Positions 48,069-61,245 are shown, counted from the stretch's first letter. The stretch is 64,000 bases of DNA from Octopus sinensis (GCF_006345805.1 NC_043002.1:82398001-82462000), one strand, 5' to 3'. Translations and numbers: made by a program. Notes: generated by a model not told the origin, from the sequence alone.

Positions 48069-49680
48069 TAGGGTAAATCATTCTCTCAAAAATGCCATTT
48101 ATGTACATGTGAGTATTCACACAAAAGTGCAACCATTCAGTATTAATATTTATTACAACAATTATGACAATTTTTTTCTGCTGAAAGACAGGGCTATTTT
48201 TATCTCTTCAAATATGATGTTATCGACTTCAATTTCAATAATGTCAACATCAAATTCATGAATGTCATGTATATATATGGAAGTATATCAACAATGCCTT
48301 TGATTTCTGAAGATGATTGCTCTGGATTTTTGAGCGATTTGTTATGAGAGAATAAAGAAATAGGAATGATGAATAAAAGGTTACACTGAAGTTGATTTTG
48401 TCTATGTGTTTTCATCATTGCCGCTGTTATCATCATCATCCTTTAGTGAATTTTTTTTTTTACAGGCATGGGTGGCACAGTGTGACATGACCTGTCAAGC
48501 CATAATGCTGCACTAGGTTCCAATCTGATTTGCTTGGGTTTCTTTGGGTGTATTCTCCTAATGCTAACCAGTTCACAGTTTATGCTGTGTGCTTCAAATA
48601 TATGTGTGCGTATATATAGATTAGTATAAAGGAGCTAATTTTAAATTCCCATATATAAAGTAAACTCTCAGGTGGGGTTGGTTGTATTTAACAGGAAAAA
48701 ACTAACGAAATAAGGGAGTATGGAATTTTAAATACAGCTTAGATATTAATATGAAAGAAATCATCATCATTTACTGTTTGTTTTCCATGCTAGCATGGGT
48801 TGGATGATTCAACTGGGGTCTGGGAAGCCATGGAGGCTGCACCAGGCTCCAGTCTGATCTGGCAGTGTTTCTACCGCTGGATGCCCTTCCTAACGCCAAC
48901 CACTCCGTTAGTGAAGTGGGTATTTTTTACGTGCTACCAGCACAGGGGGCTGGCAAACAGCTATGATCGGTTGGTGCTTTTACGTGTCACCGACACAGAC
49001 GCCAGTGAGGCGGCGCTGGCATCTTCCACGTTCGGGTGGTGCTTTTTATGTGTCACCGGCACGGGTATCTTGAAAGAAATGTTTGAAAAAGATGTTCTGA
49101 GTGCAGTAGCTGCAGCTTGTCGGCTGGAAGGCCGTATATCGTGCACAATATGAGGGCTCAACAAGACGTGGTTTTCAGCCACGATATTCACCCCGATGTC
49201 ACTGGAGAGAGTGTTCGTAGGTAGTGTGGAATTGCAACAAATGCTAATCCGTCAACCCTGCACACAAAACAGGAATGATTCGGGCGGAAGGAGACCGGAA
49301 TAGTGTAGCCATTGACATCATGAACTATTGGGAAAAATGTATACCCCTCAATGGCCGATTGTGATCCAGAGCAGATGGCTATATGGAGAGATATCAGGGC
49401 GGAGAGTGCTGCTGAAATTGCCAGAAGACAATGGAAGTAGTCTTCTGGTACAACATACCGTCCAGGGTAAGGCAAACCGAAAAGTCTGCCTCAAAAAGAG
49501 CCATATTCTAGTGAAAAGGGAGACATCTCAGCATGGTGTCTGTACAGTTCGAAGATGAGGTGTGAGTGAAGACCCTGAATGCTTGTGTAGGGCGCTGCCC
49601 ATAAATTTATAACAGACGGACTATAGACAGGAACGTCACAGCAGGCTACTTAGTGAGTTGCTCTGCAGAGAAGGGACTTC

Positions 49681-50089
49681 CGATCTTTTCGGTTTGACCG
49701 GCAGTGTTTTCTAGCGGTGTCATATGAAATTGTCACCCAAAATTATGACCCTAGTATCGATCTATTGCATTTCAATCTCGTTTAGGGTTAGGGGTGGGGG
49801 AAGGGTATCTTTTTTTCTTCACAAATGTAAATAAGCCCAATCTGTTTCTTAAACGAGGGACATATTCATACGGCACGGAATGTTTTCACCTCAATAGACA
49901 TCATTGATTGGTTGAAATTGCAGAAATTGAAGAAAAAACAACAAATATCTTACAAACTATAGAATTTTCTCAATAAAGCCAAGAGAAAAAGATGTTTTAT
50001 AAACACATTCTACCAGTATACAAAGTTTAAAAGTGTTTAGTTACGTGGAAATTATTTAAAAAAAACTGCCGGTCAAAGCGAAAAGATCG
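49681..50089. mobile_element. MITE of the same family as 21239-21647, no TSD detected
   Basis: Termini CGATCTTTTCGGTTTGACCGGCAG and CTGCCGGTCAAAGCGAAAAGATCG. Confidence 0.88.
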
Positions 50090-50099
50090 TAGAGTATAC

Positions 50100-50336
50100 A
50101 AGAACAGTTTGTTAAAATAATCTGGTGAGAATTAAAAAAAAAACTTGAAGTTATTGACAGAATGGGACAAAGTAAAAAAAAACACCGGAATGAATCTAAC
50201 AAGTCAGTAGCGCTCTCTAGTGGAGAATTAAGGTAATACAATCATCTACAACACCTCAACCTCGTGGCCAAAATAGCTAATTAGGGAGGTTAATTACCGA
50301 TCACTGAGTCGCTGTTTATTTGTGAATACGGTAAGT
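50100..50336 (+). promoter_or_regulatory. Putative non-coding exon 1 of ZNF3 (unit B)
   Basis: Homologous to 22545-22772 and 63035-63262. Donor ACG|GTAAGT at 50331, acceptor at 53254/53255. Confidence 0.5.
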
Positions 50337-50550
50337 TGACAAAGATTTACTTTAAGGCTGTAATAGTGTTGATAATACTACTAATAATAAGGTAAATAAT
50401 AGAATTCTGTAAACTTCTCGATGTTACAGTAATTATTTTTCGAAGCGGAAACTAACAGCATTAGGAAAATATATTTGTTCGTCTCAATTAATAATTTCCA
50501 AACTGAAATGTTGATTTGTTGTTTATAAAATACTATGGCAGACTGTTACA

Positions 50551-51067
50551 TCTATATATATAAAACTGTAGTTGTGTGAGTGTCTGTCTCCTACGAGTTA
50601 GATTCCTAACTCCTCCCACATTTTGCGGTGCAGTTTAACCAAATTCGGGTATCTTATAGTCGTGATTAATATCGAGCCCGTCTGGATATTAGCACGCGTC
50701 TACGATGAGTCTACGATTTTTAAAATAATTTAACATCATTTTTTATTCCATTTGAATGCATAATTTTTCGTGTGTCGATGGCGGCGGAGTTGGCGTCCAC
50801 GCTCAAACACCTGCACCTGTGTTTGCTTCTCCCTCTTCTTCCCTCCCTCGTGAAGCTGTGGGGAAGGGAGTTTAAGGAAATCAACGTCGTAATGCGTTGT
50901 CAAGGAGACCAGCGTTCTTTTAGAACAACGACTTCATGGCTTGAAGACAACAAAACAGAAATGGCTAAGAAAGCCCGAATTGGCATCTATAAAGGAAGTA
51001 ACTCTCTAAAAATGCTTATATAGTTATTTCCCTTACAAACCCGAGCAACGCCGGGCGATACTGCTAG
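50551..51067 (+). mobile_element. Non-autonomous Helitron
   Basis: TC…CTAG ends with a subterminal GC-rich hairpin-like segment (cccgagcaacgccggg). The A|T insertion is supported by the empty site gactgttaca|tgtgata at 63474/63475. Confidence 0.9.
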
Positions 51068-53639
51068 TGTGATATAAAGGAAATTAGTTGGTAAAAGTGA
51101 ATGTAATGTGGCATAATTAATTAGTAATTTTGGGTGACAATTTCATATGACACCGCTAGAAAAAAACTGCCGTTCAAACCAAAAAGATCCCCCAAAACTT
51201 ACTGTCGAGATCGATTCTGTCTTTCATTTTTTTCAGGGTGAGTAAAAAATAATAATAATCTTCGGCACTTTAGGCACAAGTCCTGGAACTTGGCGGAAGA
51301 GGGTAAGTCGATTCCATGGACCCCAGTACTGTTCTTATTTTATCGATCTCGAAAGGCAAAGTCGACCTCGGCGGACTTTGAAGTGTTAGAGTGAAGATGG
51401 ACGAAATGTTGTTAAGCATTTTGTCCGGTATGCTAATGATTATGCCAGTACGTAACTGAATTAAATGAATCCTTCGAAGTAATTATTGGATTGGTATGAA
51501 AGTAATTTCGATGTTTAGCATGAAATAAAAGTTGTTTTGTTTTTTTCATACTAAGGATGAACTTTAATCAGTTATATTTTCCATTTTATTCGATGACTTT
51601 TGGCCATCTTTCTGGCAACTTCATGATTCTGCACGTATAGAACTTCTGGTCCTTATCAGCCAAAAAAGTGAAGGAAGGGCGATTTCAGGTCATCATCATC
51701 ATTGAAAGTTTTACCAGTAAAAGAATTTTGCAAAGTAAGCTAAAAGTAACAGCTATCAATATCAGAAGGAAAATAATCATAACATTGACAAAAGTGATTC
51801 CAAAAAATCTATTTGTGTAAAGCAAAATTACTTTCTTGCCAACCCAAAATATAGGAGTAGTGAAAACGCTTTGGGAAAATATGCTTCCTTTTCTTATGTT
51901 TTAAAAATACCCTGTGGTAATTTAATCAACATTAAATTCTTATTTACACGAGTAATACGCAAATTCTTTTCACTTAAATGTTTTTGTCTGTGTTTAATTT
52001 CGATTTGCATATGTTCGTCAATTCGCTACGATCTCTTTAAAGTGAACAAAATCAAAAATTTGAATGTGGTGGGGGGAGTCAGGGCGGGTGGAAAAAAAAA
52101 TTTTTTATAATCGCCAACATCTCTCTTCTTTCACTCATTTGACTGTAGCCATGCTGGAGCACTGCCTTTAGTTGAGCAAATCGACCTCAGGACTTATTCT
52201 TTGGAAGCCTAGTACTTATTGTATCAGACTCTTTTGCTGAACCGCTAAGTTACGGGGGACATAAACACACCAACATCGATTGTCAAGCGATGGTGAGGGG
52301 ACAACACAGACACAGAAACATATACACACACATACATATATATATTGTACGAGCTTCTTTCACTCACAAGGCTTTGGTCAGCCCGAGGCTATAGTAGAAG
52401 ACACTTGCCCAAGGTGCTGCGCAGTGGGAATCAACCCAGAACCATGTGGTTGGTAAGCAAGCTACTTACCACACAGCCACTCCTACAACAGGAATTCAAA
52501 AAATGCATTTTTCAAGGAGAGGTGTGAAACTGCATTAACCCCAATTAGTCGAATTACATGAACCCCAGTGTTTCACTGGTACTTAATTTATTGACCTCGG
52601 CGGAATTTGAACTCAGAACATAATGATAGGCGAAATACCACTCAGCATTACATGCAGCGTGCTAATGACTCTGCCAGTAAATAACGGAATTATGTGAACC
52701 CTTCGAAGTTACTGCAATTTCTGAAAATGCATAGAAAGATTGAGAAAATATGGTCCCTTGTCTTAGATATATCAAACATGAATTTTTCTGAAAGGTATGA
52801 GGAAGGTAGGTGTAGGGCCGACCTAAGCCTTGTGAGTGGATTTCGTAGACGGAAACTGAAAGAAGCCCTTGTATATGTGTGTGTGTGTGTGTGTATGTTT
52901 TTGTGTCTGTGTTTGTCTCCCCAACATCGCTTGACAACCGATACTGGTGTGTTTACGTCCCTGTAACTTAGCAGTTCGGCAAAAGCGACCGATAGAATAA
53001 GTACTAGGCTTCCAAACAATAAGTCCTCAGTCGATTTACTTGACTGAAAGGCGGTGCTCCAGCATGGCCACAGTCAAATGACTGAAACAAGTAAAAGTTG
53101 TGTAGGTATGCCAGTCTTTCAACGCTTCAATGAGCTCCGACCCTTGCGAACATTGACATTAAACGGATGACAGTATTGATGTATCATTTGCAATGTTGAA
53201 GTATTATGTCACTTAACTATTCTCTTTATCTTACTGTTTCTTTTCCTCTTTCAGAATATCACATCATGTTGACATAAAAGAAATCTTGTCGTTCAGATGT
53301 GCCTTTTGATATTTTTATGGACTTTCACCAACTAAAGGAAGACAATATATTTATAAGGAGCCTTCATTAATACATCAACCTTTTCATATTGATATAATCT
53401 ATGACAAACAACAGCAAAATATTTTTCTTGTCTTCACTGTCTGGAATGTAGAGGAGGTGATTGCTTTACAAGTTTGGATAACTTTACGAAGGACCTGACA
53501 GTTTTCACCAGCTAATTTAGATATTAAGTAAGATCACAGATGAAAGAAGCATAGCATTAAATTATTCCCTGAAAATACTAACTGAACTGAACACAAACAT
53601 ATTCATAGAAAAGAAAAAAACAATATTATTGTGATATAT

Positions 53640-55649
53640 ATGTCAAATTATTCTCCCATAATGAATAATTTATCTAAATCTAAAAACACTGGTACAAGAG
53701 AGAAACCATATTCCTGTGATGTCTGTGGAAAATCAATCTCTCGAAAAAGTAACTTGATTAAACACAGACGTATTCATACGGGTGAGAAGCCATATCGTTG
53801 TGATATCTGTGGAAAATCATTTTCTCGGAGAAGTCACTTGTCTGTTCACAAACATACACATACAGGAGAAAAACCATATCCCTGCGATTTATGTGATAAA
53901 TCATTTTCTCAAATTACTGCTTTAACTATACACAAACGTATTCATACAGGAGAAAAGCCATATCCCTGCGATTTATGTGATAAATCATTTTCTCAAATTA
54001 ATGCTTTAACTAGACACAAACGTGTTCATACAGGTGAGAAGCCATATCATTGTGATATCTGTGGTAAATCATTTGCTGCAAACGCTAGCTTGACGATTCA
54101 CAAGCGTGTTCATACTGGGGAAAAACCGTATCACTGTGATATCTGTGGTAAATCATTTTCTGATAATAGCACTTTAACTAAACACAAAACTACACATACA
54201 GGAGAGAAACCATATGGTTGTGATATCTGTGGTAAATCATTCTCTAGAAATAGTGACTTAACTAGTCACAAAGGTATACATACGGGAAAGATGCCATATC
54301 ATTGTAATACTTGTGGGAAATCATTTTCTAAAAATAGCACTTTAACTAGTCACAAACGTATTCACACAGGTGAGAAATCATATCGCTGTGATATCTGTGG
54401 TAAATTGTTTTATGGAAATAGTGATTTAACTAGACACAAGCGTATTCATACAGGTGAGAGGCCATATCGATGTATTATCTGCGGTAAATCATTTCCTGTA
54501 AATAGTGTCTTGACTAGCCACAGACGTATTCATACTGGGGAAAAACCATATCCTTGTGATATCTGTGGCAAATCATTTTCTGAAAGTAGCAGTGTAACTA
54601 GTCACAAGCGTATTCATACAGGAGAGAAGCCATATTATTGTAATATCTGTGGTAAATCATTCACTGCAAACAGTGACTTGACTAAACACAAGCACGTTCA
54701 TTCTGGAGAGAAGCCACATCGCTGTGATATCTGTGGTGAGTCATTTTCTAATGCCAGTTACATGAAAAGGCACCAACGTATTCATAGAGCTGAGAAGCCA
54801 TATCACTGTGATACATGTGGCAAATCATTCTCTAAATGTAGTGTCTTAACTAAACACCAGCGTGTTCATACAGGAGAGAAACCATATCATTGTGATACCT
54901 GTGGTAATTCATTCTCTAGAAATAGTGAATTGACTGAACATAAACGTATTCATACTGGGGAAAAACCATATCACTGTGATATCTGTGGTAAAACATTCTC
55001 TCAAAGTAATGGCTTAACTAAACACAAGCACGTTCACACTGGAGAGAAACCATATCATTGTGATATCTGTGGTAAATCTTTCTCTCGTAGTGACACCTTG
55101 TCTAAACATAAACGTATTCATACTGGAGAGAAGCCATATCACTGTGACATTTGTGGTAAATCATTTTCTAACAATTTTACTTTAACTTGTCACAAGCGTA
55201 TTCATACGGGTGAGAAGCCATATCAGTGTGCTATTTGTGGTAAATCATTTTCTGAAAATAGCACTTTAACTTGTCACAAGCATATTCATACAGGTGAGAA
55301 GCCATATCAGTGTGACATTTGTGGTAAATCATTTTCTAAAAATAGCACTTTAACTAGTCACAAACGTATTCATACGGGTGAGAAGCCATACCATTGTAAT
55401 ATCTGTGGTAAATCATTTTCTGAAAATAGCACTTTAACTTGTCACAAGCATATTCATACAGGTGAGAAGCCATATCAGTGTGACATTTGTGGTAAATCAT
55501 TTTCTGAAAATAGCTCTTTAACTACTCACAAATATACTCATACTGGGGAGAAGCCATATCATTGTGACATCTGTGGTAAATCATTCTCTTGTAGTAGCCA
55601 CTTGACTAAACACAAACGCATTCATACAGGGGAGAAATTATATCCTTGA
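53640..55649 (+). CDS. C2H2 zinc-finger protein ZNF3, 23 tandem fingers, 669 aa, no recognisable effector domain
   Basis: Uninterrupted ORF. The first ATG is at 53640 (the track start at 53631 is GTG). 23 CxxC-x12-HxxxH units, mostly with TGEKPY linkers. Confidence 0.95.
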   Translation: MSNYSPIMNNLSKSKNTGTREKPYSCDVCGKSISRKSNLIKHRRIHTGEKPYRCDICGKSFSRRSHLSVHKHTHTGEKPYPCDLCDKSFSQITALTIHKRIHTGEKPYPCDLCDKSFSQINALTRHKRVHTGEKPYHCDICGKSFAANASLTIHKRVHTGEKPYHCDICGKSFSDNSTLTKHKTTHTGEKPYGCDICGKSFSRNSDLTSHKGIHTGKMPYHCNTCGKSFSKNSTLTSHKRIHTGEKSYRCDICGKLFYGNSDLTRHKRIHTGERPYRCIICGKSFPVNSVLTSHRRIHTGEKPYPCDICGKSFSESSSVTSHKRIHTGEKPYYCNICGKSFTANSDLTKHKHVHSGEKPHRCDICGESFSNASYMKRHQRIHRAEKPYHCDTCGKSFSKCSVLTKHQRVHTGEKPYHCDTCGNSFSRNSELTEHKRIHTGEKPYHCDICGKTFSQSNGLTKHKHVHTGEKPYHCDICGKSFSRSDTLSKHKRIHTGEKPYHCDICGKSFSNNFTLTCHKRIHTGEKPYQCAICGKSFSENSTLTCHKHIHTGEKPYQCDICGKSFSKNSTLTSHKRIHTGEKPYHCNICGKSFSENSTLTCHKHIHTGEKPYQCDICGKSFSENSSLTTHKYTHTGEKPYHCDICGKSFSCSSHLTKHKRIHTGEKLYP

Positions 55650-56869
55650 GATATCTGTGGTTAATCATTCTCTTTTAATACTCACTTGACTAATCATAAA
55701 CTTCTTCATACTGGGGGAAAAACCACATCACTGTGATATCTGTGGTGAATAATTCTTTCACAATGGCCACTTCAGTACACATGTGCGTATTCACACACAA
55801 CTGTAACTGTACCAGTATTGAAAAATAACTTCTGTTTTTCTCTGCTAAAAGTTGATAACATCAAATTCTTGAATATGAACCTGAATGCTGTGTATATATA
55901 GAAATATATCAACACAACAATGCCTTTGTTTTCTGAAGATGGTCATGCCGGATTATTGAGGAATTTGTTATGAGAGAATAAAGAAACGGGAATATTGAAT
56001 AAAAACTGAATTAAACTGAAATTGGTTTTGTCTATGTACTTTCATCATTGTCGTCATTTTCAACATCATCATCCTTCAGCAATAATTTTTCTTTATATGC
56101 TGGCATGGGTGGGACAGTGTGACATGAGCTGGCAAACCATAATGCTGCACTAGCTTCCAGTCTGATTTGTTTGGGTTTCTTTGGATGTATTCTCCTAATG
56201 CTAACCAGTTTACAGTTTATGCTGTGTGCTTTATATATGTGTGTGTGTATGCATATACATACATACATATATATATCCTTTCAAAATTTCTCCCAGGCAT
56301 TGCCCATTACAATTTGTCTTCGCCTAACGGTCCCTAATGTTTGTCTTTGTAGATTGTTTACTCTGTTGCTGTTTGTTCATTCGAAGACCTAAATCTCCAC
56401 AAATTTTATATTTTCAAAATTTCTGGATGCTGCCATCTTATGAAGTTCTCCTTTCTCTTTGTTGACAGTATGAAATAGGGAGTAAGAAATAGCCTACAAC
56501 TGAGGAGGTGTTAGACGTCTTTTGGTACTTTGTCTTGTACTCATCTCTCGTTACGTGTTTATGTATTTTTCACTTATTGGTGATGTCCTCTACTTAACGT
56601 ATCTTTTCTGAATTTTTATTCGTAGTCGAATGTCACGCAGTCTTGTCCACAGGTGGCAAACGGCAGAATCATTAGCACACAGTGAAATGCTTAGCAGAAT
56701 TTTGCTCATAGCTTCATTCTGAGTTTAATTTCCACCAAGATTGACTTTGCCTTTCATCCTTTTGTGATTGATTAAGTACCAGTTACGCACTGGGGTTGAT
56801 GTAATTGACTTAATCCCTTTGTCCTTATTTGTCCCCTCTGTTTAGCCCCCTGTGGGCAATAAAGAAATA

Positions 56870-59800
56870 TCATCATCATCATCATCATCATCATTTAGCG
56901 TCCGCTTTCCATGCTAGCATGGGTTGGACGGGTCAACCGGGGTCTGTGAAGCTGGAAGGCTTCGTCAGGCCCAGTCAGATCTGGCAGTGTTTCTACGGGT
57001 GGATGCCCTTCCTAACGCCAACCACTCCGCGAGTGTAGTGGGTGTTTTTTACGTGCCACCTGCACAGGTGCCAGACAGAGCTGGCGAACGGCCACGAACG
57101 GATGGTGCTTTTACGTGTCACTGGCACGGGGCCAGGCGATGCTGGCAACGGACACGTACGGATGGTGCTTTTACGTGCCACCGACACGGGGCCAGACAGA
57201 GCTGGCAAACGGCCACGAACGGACGGTGCTTTTACGTGTCACCGGCACGGGGGCCAGCCGAGGCTGGCAACAGACGCGAATGGATGGTGCTTTTACGTGC
57301 CACCGACACGGTTGCCAGACAGAGCTGGCAAACGGCCACGAACGGACGGTGCTTTTACGTGTCACCGGCATGGGGCCAGGCGAGGCTGGCAACGAACACG
57401 AACGGATGGTGCTTTTACGTGCCACCGACACGGGGGCCAGGCAGAGCTGGCGAACGGCCACGAGCGAATGGTGCTTTTACGTATCACCAGCACGGGTGCC
57501 AGACGAGGCTGACAGCGGACACGAACGGATGGGTCACTTAACCCCTGCTTTCTGATATATGATTTGATTTTGATTGTTCTCACTGGTCTTGCCGGGTCTT
57601 CTCACGCACAGCATACTTCCATAGGTCTCGGTCTCTGGTCATTTCCTTGGTGAGACCTAGAGTTCGAAGGTCGTGCTTCACCACCTCGACCCAGGTTTTC
57701 CTGGGTCTACCTCTTCCACAGGTCCCCTCAACTGCCAGGGTGTGGCACTTTTTCACACACCTATCTTCAACCATTCTCACCACATGACCATACCAGCGCA
57801 ATCGTCTCTCTTGCACACAACATCTGATTCCTCTTAGGTCTAACTTTTCTCTCAAGGTACTTACACTCTGTCGACTATGAACACTGACATTACACATCCA
57901 ACGGAGCATACTAGCTTCATTTCTCGCGAGCTTACGCATGTCCTCAGCAGTCACGGCCCATGTTTCACTGCCATGTAGCATGGCTGTTCGTACACATGCA
58001 TCATACAGTCTGCCTTTTACTCTGAGCGAGAGGCCTTTAGTCACCAACAGAGGTAAGAGCTCCCTAAACTTTGCCCAGGCTATTCTTACTCTAGCCGTTA
58101 CACTTTCAGCACACCCACCCCCACAACTGACTTGGTCACCAAGATAACGGAAGCTATCAACCACTTCTAGTTTTTTCCCCTGGAAAGTGACGGAAGTTGT
58201 TTTCTGCAGATTTTCAGAGGTTAATGCTCCCGAGCATCTGCCACATACAAAAACCATCTTCCTAGTTAGCCTTCCTATGACATTGCTGCACCTCTTATGT
58301 GTCCATAGCTTACACTTGGTGCATCTTATAGAGTTTCTACCTACACCTTTTCTAGAGATCGAGCAGGGCCATCGACCTGAAGGCGTTTGTGATTTGTCTA
58401 CCTTCCTACTTATTAGGACTTTGGTTTTAGCTAGGTTGACTCTAAGGCCCTTCGATTCTAAACCATGCTTCCACACCTGAAACTTCTCCAGTTCTGATAA
58501 TGACTCAGCAATTAGAGCAAGGTCATCAGCATAGAGGAGCTCCCAGGGGCATCCTGTCTTGAATTCCTCCGTTATTGCCTGGAGGACTATGATAAATAGG
58601 AGGGGGCTGAGGACTGAGCCTTGGTGGACCCCTACCTCTACCCGGAATTCTTCACTGTACTCATTGCCAACCCTCACCTTGCTAGCAGCGTCCCTGTACA
58701 TGGCTTGCACAGCTCTCACTAACCATTCATCTATTCCTAGTTTCCTCATTGACCACCATATGAGGGATCGGGGGACCCTGTCGAAGGCTTTCTCCATGTC
58801 AACAAAAGCCAGGTACAGGGGCTTATCTTTGGCTAGGTATTTCTCCTGCAGCTGCCTTACCAGGAATATAGCATCAGTGGTACTTTTCCCTGGCACGAAA
58901 CCAAACTGCATCTCATCTAAACTAACTCTCTCTCTAATTAGTTGGCTTATGACCCTCTCTGTAACCTTCATCACCTGATCCAACAGCTTGATACCTCTGT
59001 AATTATTTGTATCTAGGGCATCACCTTTACCTTTGTAGCAGTTGACTATTATGCTGCTACACCAGTCATTGGGTATGACTCCTTCATGTATCACCTGATT
59101 AACTATACAGGTGACTAGGCTATAGCCGACACTACCAGATATTTTGAGCATCTCTGCAGTGATACCTGATGGGCCTGGGGCTTTCCCTGTCTTCATGCTT
59201 CTAATTGCCTTAGCTACTAAGGAACTATCAACCCTGATAGCTGGTCCCTCTGTTGGGTCAACGTTCGGCAGACTCTCTTTATCCCATTCATTTTCTTTAT
59301 TCAGCAACCTTTCATAGTGGCGTCTCCAAGCCTCTCTCTTTGCATCCTCGTTTAGCGCATGTGAACCATCTTCCATGCGAACACACTTCTCTCCCACCAC
59401 ATCACAATTCTCTCTCACACACTGTCTTGCAACGCGAAACACCTCCAGTCTTTGGTCCTCACGGCGCAGAACATTGGCAAATTTTTTCTTATCTGCTTCC
59501 CCTCTGGCTAGATAGACCTGTCTCCTAGCTTCCCTTTTAGCAGTCTGATACAATTCCCTGCTACCACCATTCTTCCAGTGCTTCCAAGTCTGTCTCTTTT
59601 CTCTAATAGCCCTGTCTACGACACTGTTCCACCACCACGTTACCTTGGGACGAGAGGGGACTTTGCACCAGCCACAGATTTGGTCAGTGGCTCTCAGCAG
59701 GTTGTCCCTTAGAAACGTCCAGTTGTCCTCTATCCCATGTGATACTCTATCCCCTTCTACTTCGTCAAAGGCTTCAAGTAACATGTCTCTAAATCTCTGT

Positions 59801-60393
59801 CCATTCACAGGATCCTTAAGCTTCCAGATCCTTCTTCTCCATGTTGGTCGTTTTCTGGTTGTCCTCCTACTCCTGATCCTAAAGTCACTAACTACCAGTC
59901 TATGTTGTGGGGTACATTCTTCGACTGGGAAGGTTTTGGCATTTATAAGTAGCCATCTCTCCCTTTGCCTGGCAAGGATGTAGTCAATTTGGCTGGTATG
60001 TTGGCCCGATCGGTAGGTGACTAGGTGGCTGGTAGGTTTCCTGAAGTTAGTGTTGCAAATCATAAGATTATTTGCATCGCAGAACTCCAGCAGCCTGGTT
60101 CCCTCCTCGTTGCGGGAACCAGAGCCATAGCCTCCATGCACGCCATGGAAGCCCCCAGCATGTCGTCCAACGTGACCATTGAAGTCACCAGCCACAAAGA
60201 GAAGGTCTCTGTTGTTTGTCAACGAGGTAGTCTGCAGTAGAGTGTCATAGAATCGGTCTTTCTGTCCATCAGGTAGCCCCGACTGAGGAGCATAGGCTGA
60301 TATAATGGTTGCTAAACTATGATGAAGCGCTAATCTAATCTTAAGTATTCTGTTGCATACTCTGATTACCTCAATTACTTTATCTACTTTATC
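56870..60393 (-). mobile_element. RTE-clade LINE, 5'-truncated within the AP endonuclease domain, ORF otherwise intact
   Basis: The frame is open from about 60393 (…TIISAYAPQ…VAGDFNGHVG…SQIDYIL) through the RT (NYRGIKLL, QFGF, AFVDMEKAFDRV, GVHQGSVLSP, LLYADDL) to the stop at 57580. The 3'UTR ends in (GAT)n near 56870. Confidence 0.96.
57040..57530. repeat. Minisatellite of about 60 bp (8 units, alternating A/B types) in the LINE 3'UTR
   Basis: Repeated ggtgcttttacgtg(c/t)cacc…gctggc…cgaacgga. Units alternate between cagacagagctggc and caggcgaggctggc types. Confidence 0.9.
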
Positions 60394-60420
60394 TATATCT
60401 ATATAAATATATATTTATAT

Positions 60421-61245
60421 ATATATATAAGAATTTTTTGCGTAATAAGATAAAAAACCAAGGCTGTATAGATAGTAGAGCATTTATAGACAGGTCTTAC
60501 ATCTGTTTCTAGGATATTAATAACATCCCTTCATCGTAGATGGTGTGAAAGGAAAAATTAATGAATATCCTAGAAACATCTGTAAGACCTTCTATCTATA
60601 AATGCCCTAATATCTATACAGCCTTGGTTTTTTATCTTATTACGCAAAAAATTCTTATATACACACGCTGAGATAGAACCAAAGTTGAACCCTTTATTCG
60701 CAATATTACCGAATCTGGAACTTATCTATGGTCTGTCTATAGCACTTATTCAGTATTACCTAACACCTTTGGGTCTCAATGACACTATTATCTCTCTATA
60801 TGTGTATATCTATCTATCTATATATATATATATATATATAAGAATTTTTTGCGTAATAAGATAAAAAACCAAGGCTGTATAGATAGTAGAGCATTTATAG
60901 ACAGGTCTTACATCTGTTTCTAGGATATTAATAACATCCCTTCATCGTAGATGGTGTGAAAGGAAAATTAATGAATATCCTAGAAACATCTGTAAGACCT
61001 TCTATCTATAAATGCCCTAATATCTATACAGCCTTGGTTTTTTATCTTATTACGCAAAAAATTCTTATATACACACGCTGAGATAGAACCAAAGTTGAAC
61101 CCTTTATTCGCAATATTACCGAATCTGGAACTTATCTATGGTCTGTCTATAGCACTTATTCAGTATTACCTAACACCTTTGGGTCTCAATGACACTATTA
61201 TCTCTCTATATGTGTATATCTATCTATCTATATATATATATATAT
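60421..61245. repeat. Tandem duplication of a 411-bp unit, each copy containing an imperfect palindrome of about 240 bp
   Basis: Period 411 (60431 versus 60842). The copies are identical apart from one A in a homopolymer and the (TA)n length. Confidence 0.92.

Noticed and set aside
53640-55649. Regular 84-bp periodicity resembling a repeat-spacer (CRISPR-like) array; likewise the 60-bp units at 57.0-57.5 kb
   Set aside because: The period is the 28-codon C2H2 finger in an open frame. The 60-bp units lack unique spacers and lie in a LINE UTR. No cas genes are present and the context is eukaryotic.
56824-57583. Several overlapping 70-205 aa ORFs, and similar ones at 2.9-3.5, 33.5, 37.9 and 48.8 kb
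   Set aside because: They are chance open frames through the GC-rich LINE 3'UTR minisatellite and its copies.
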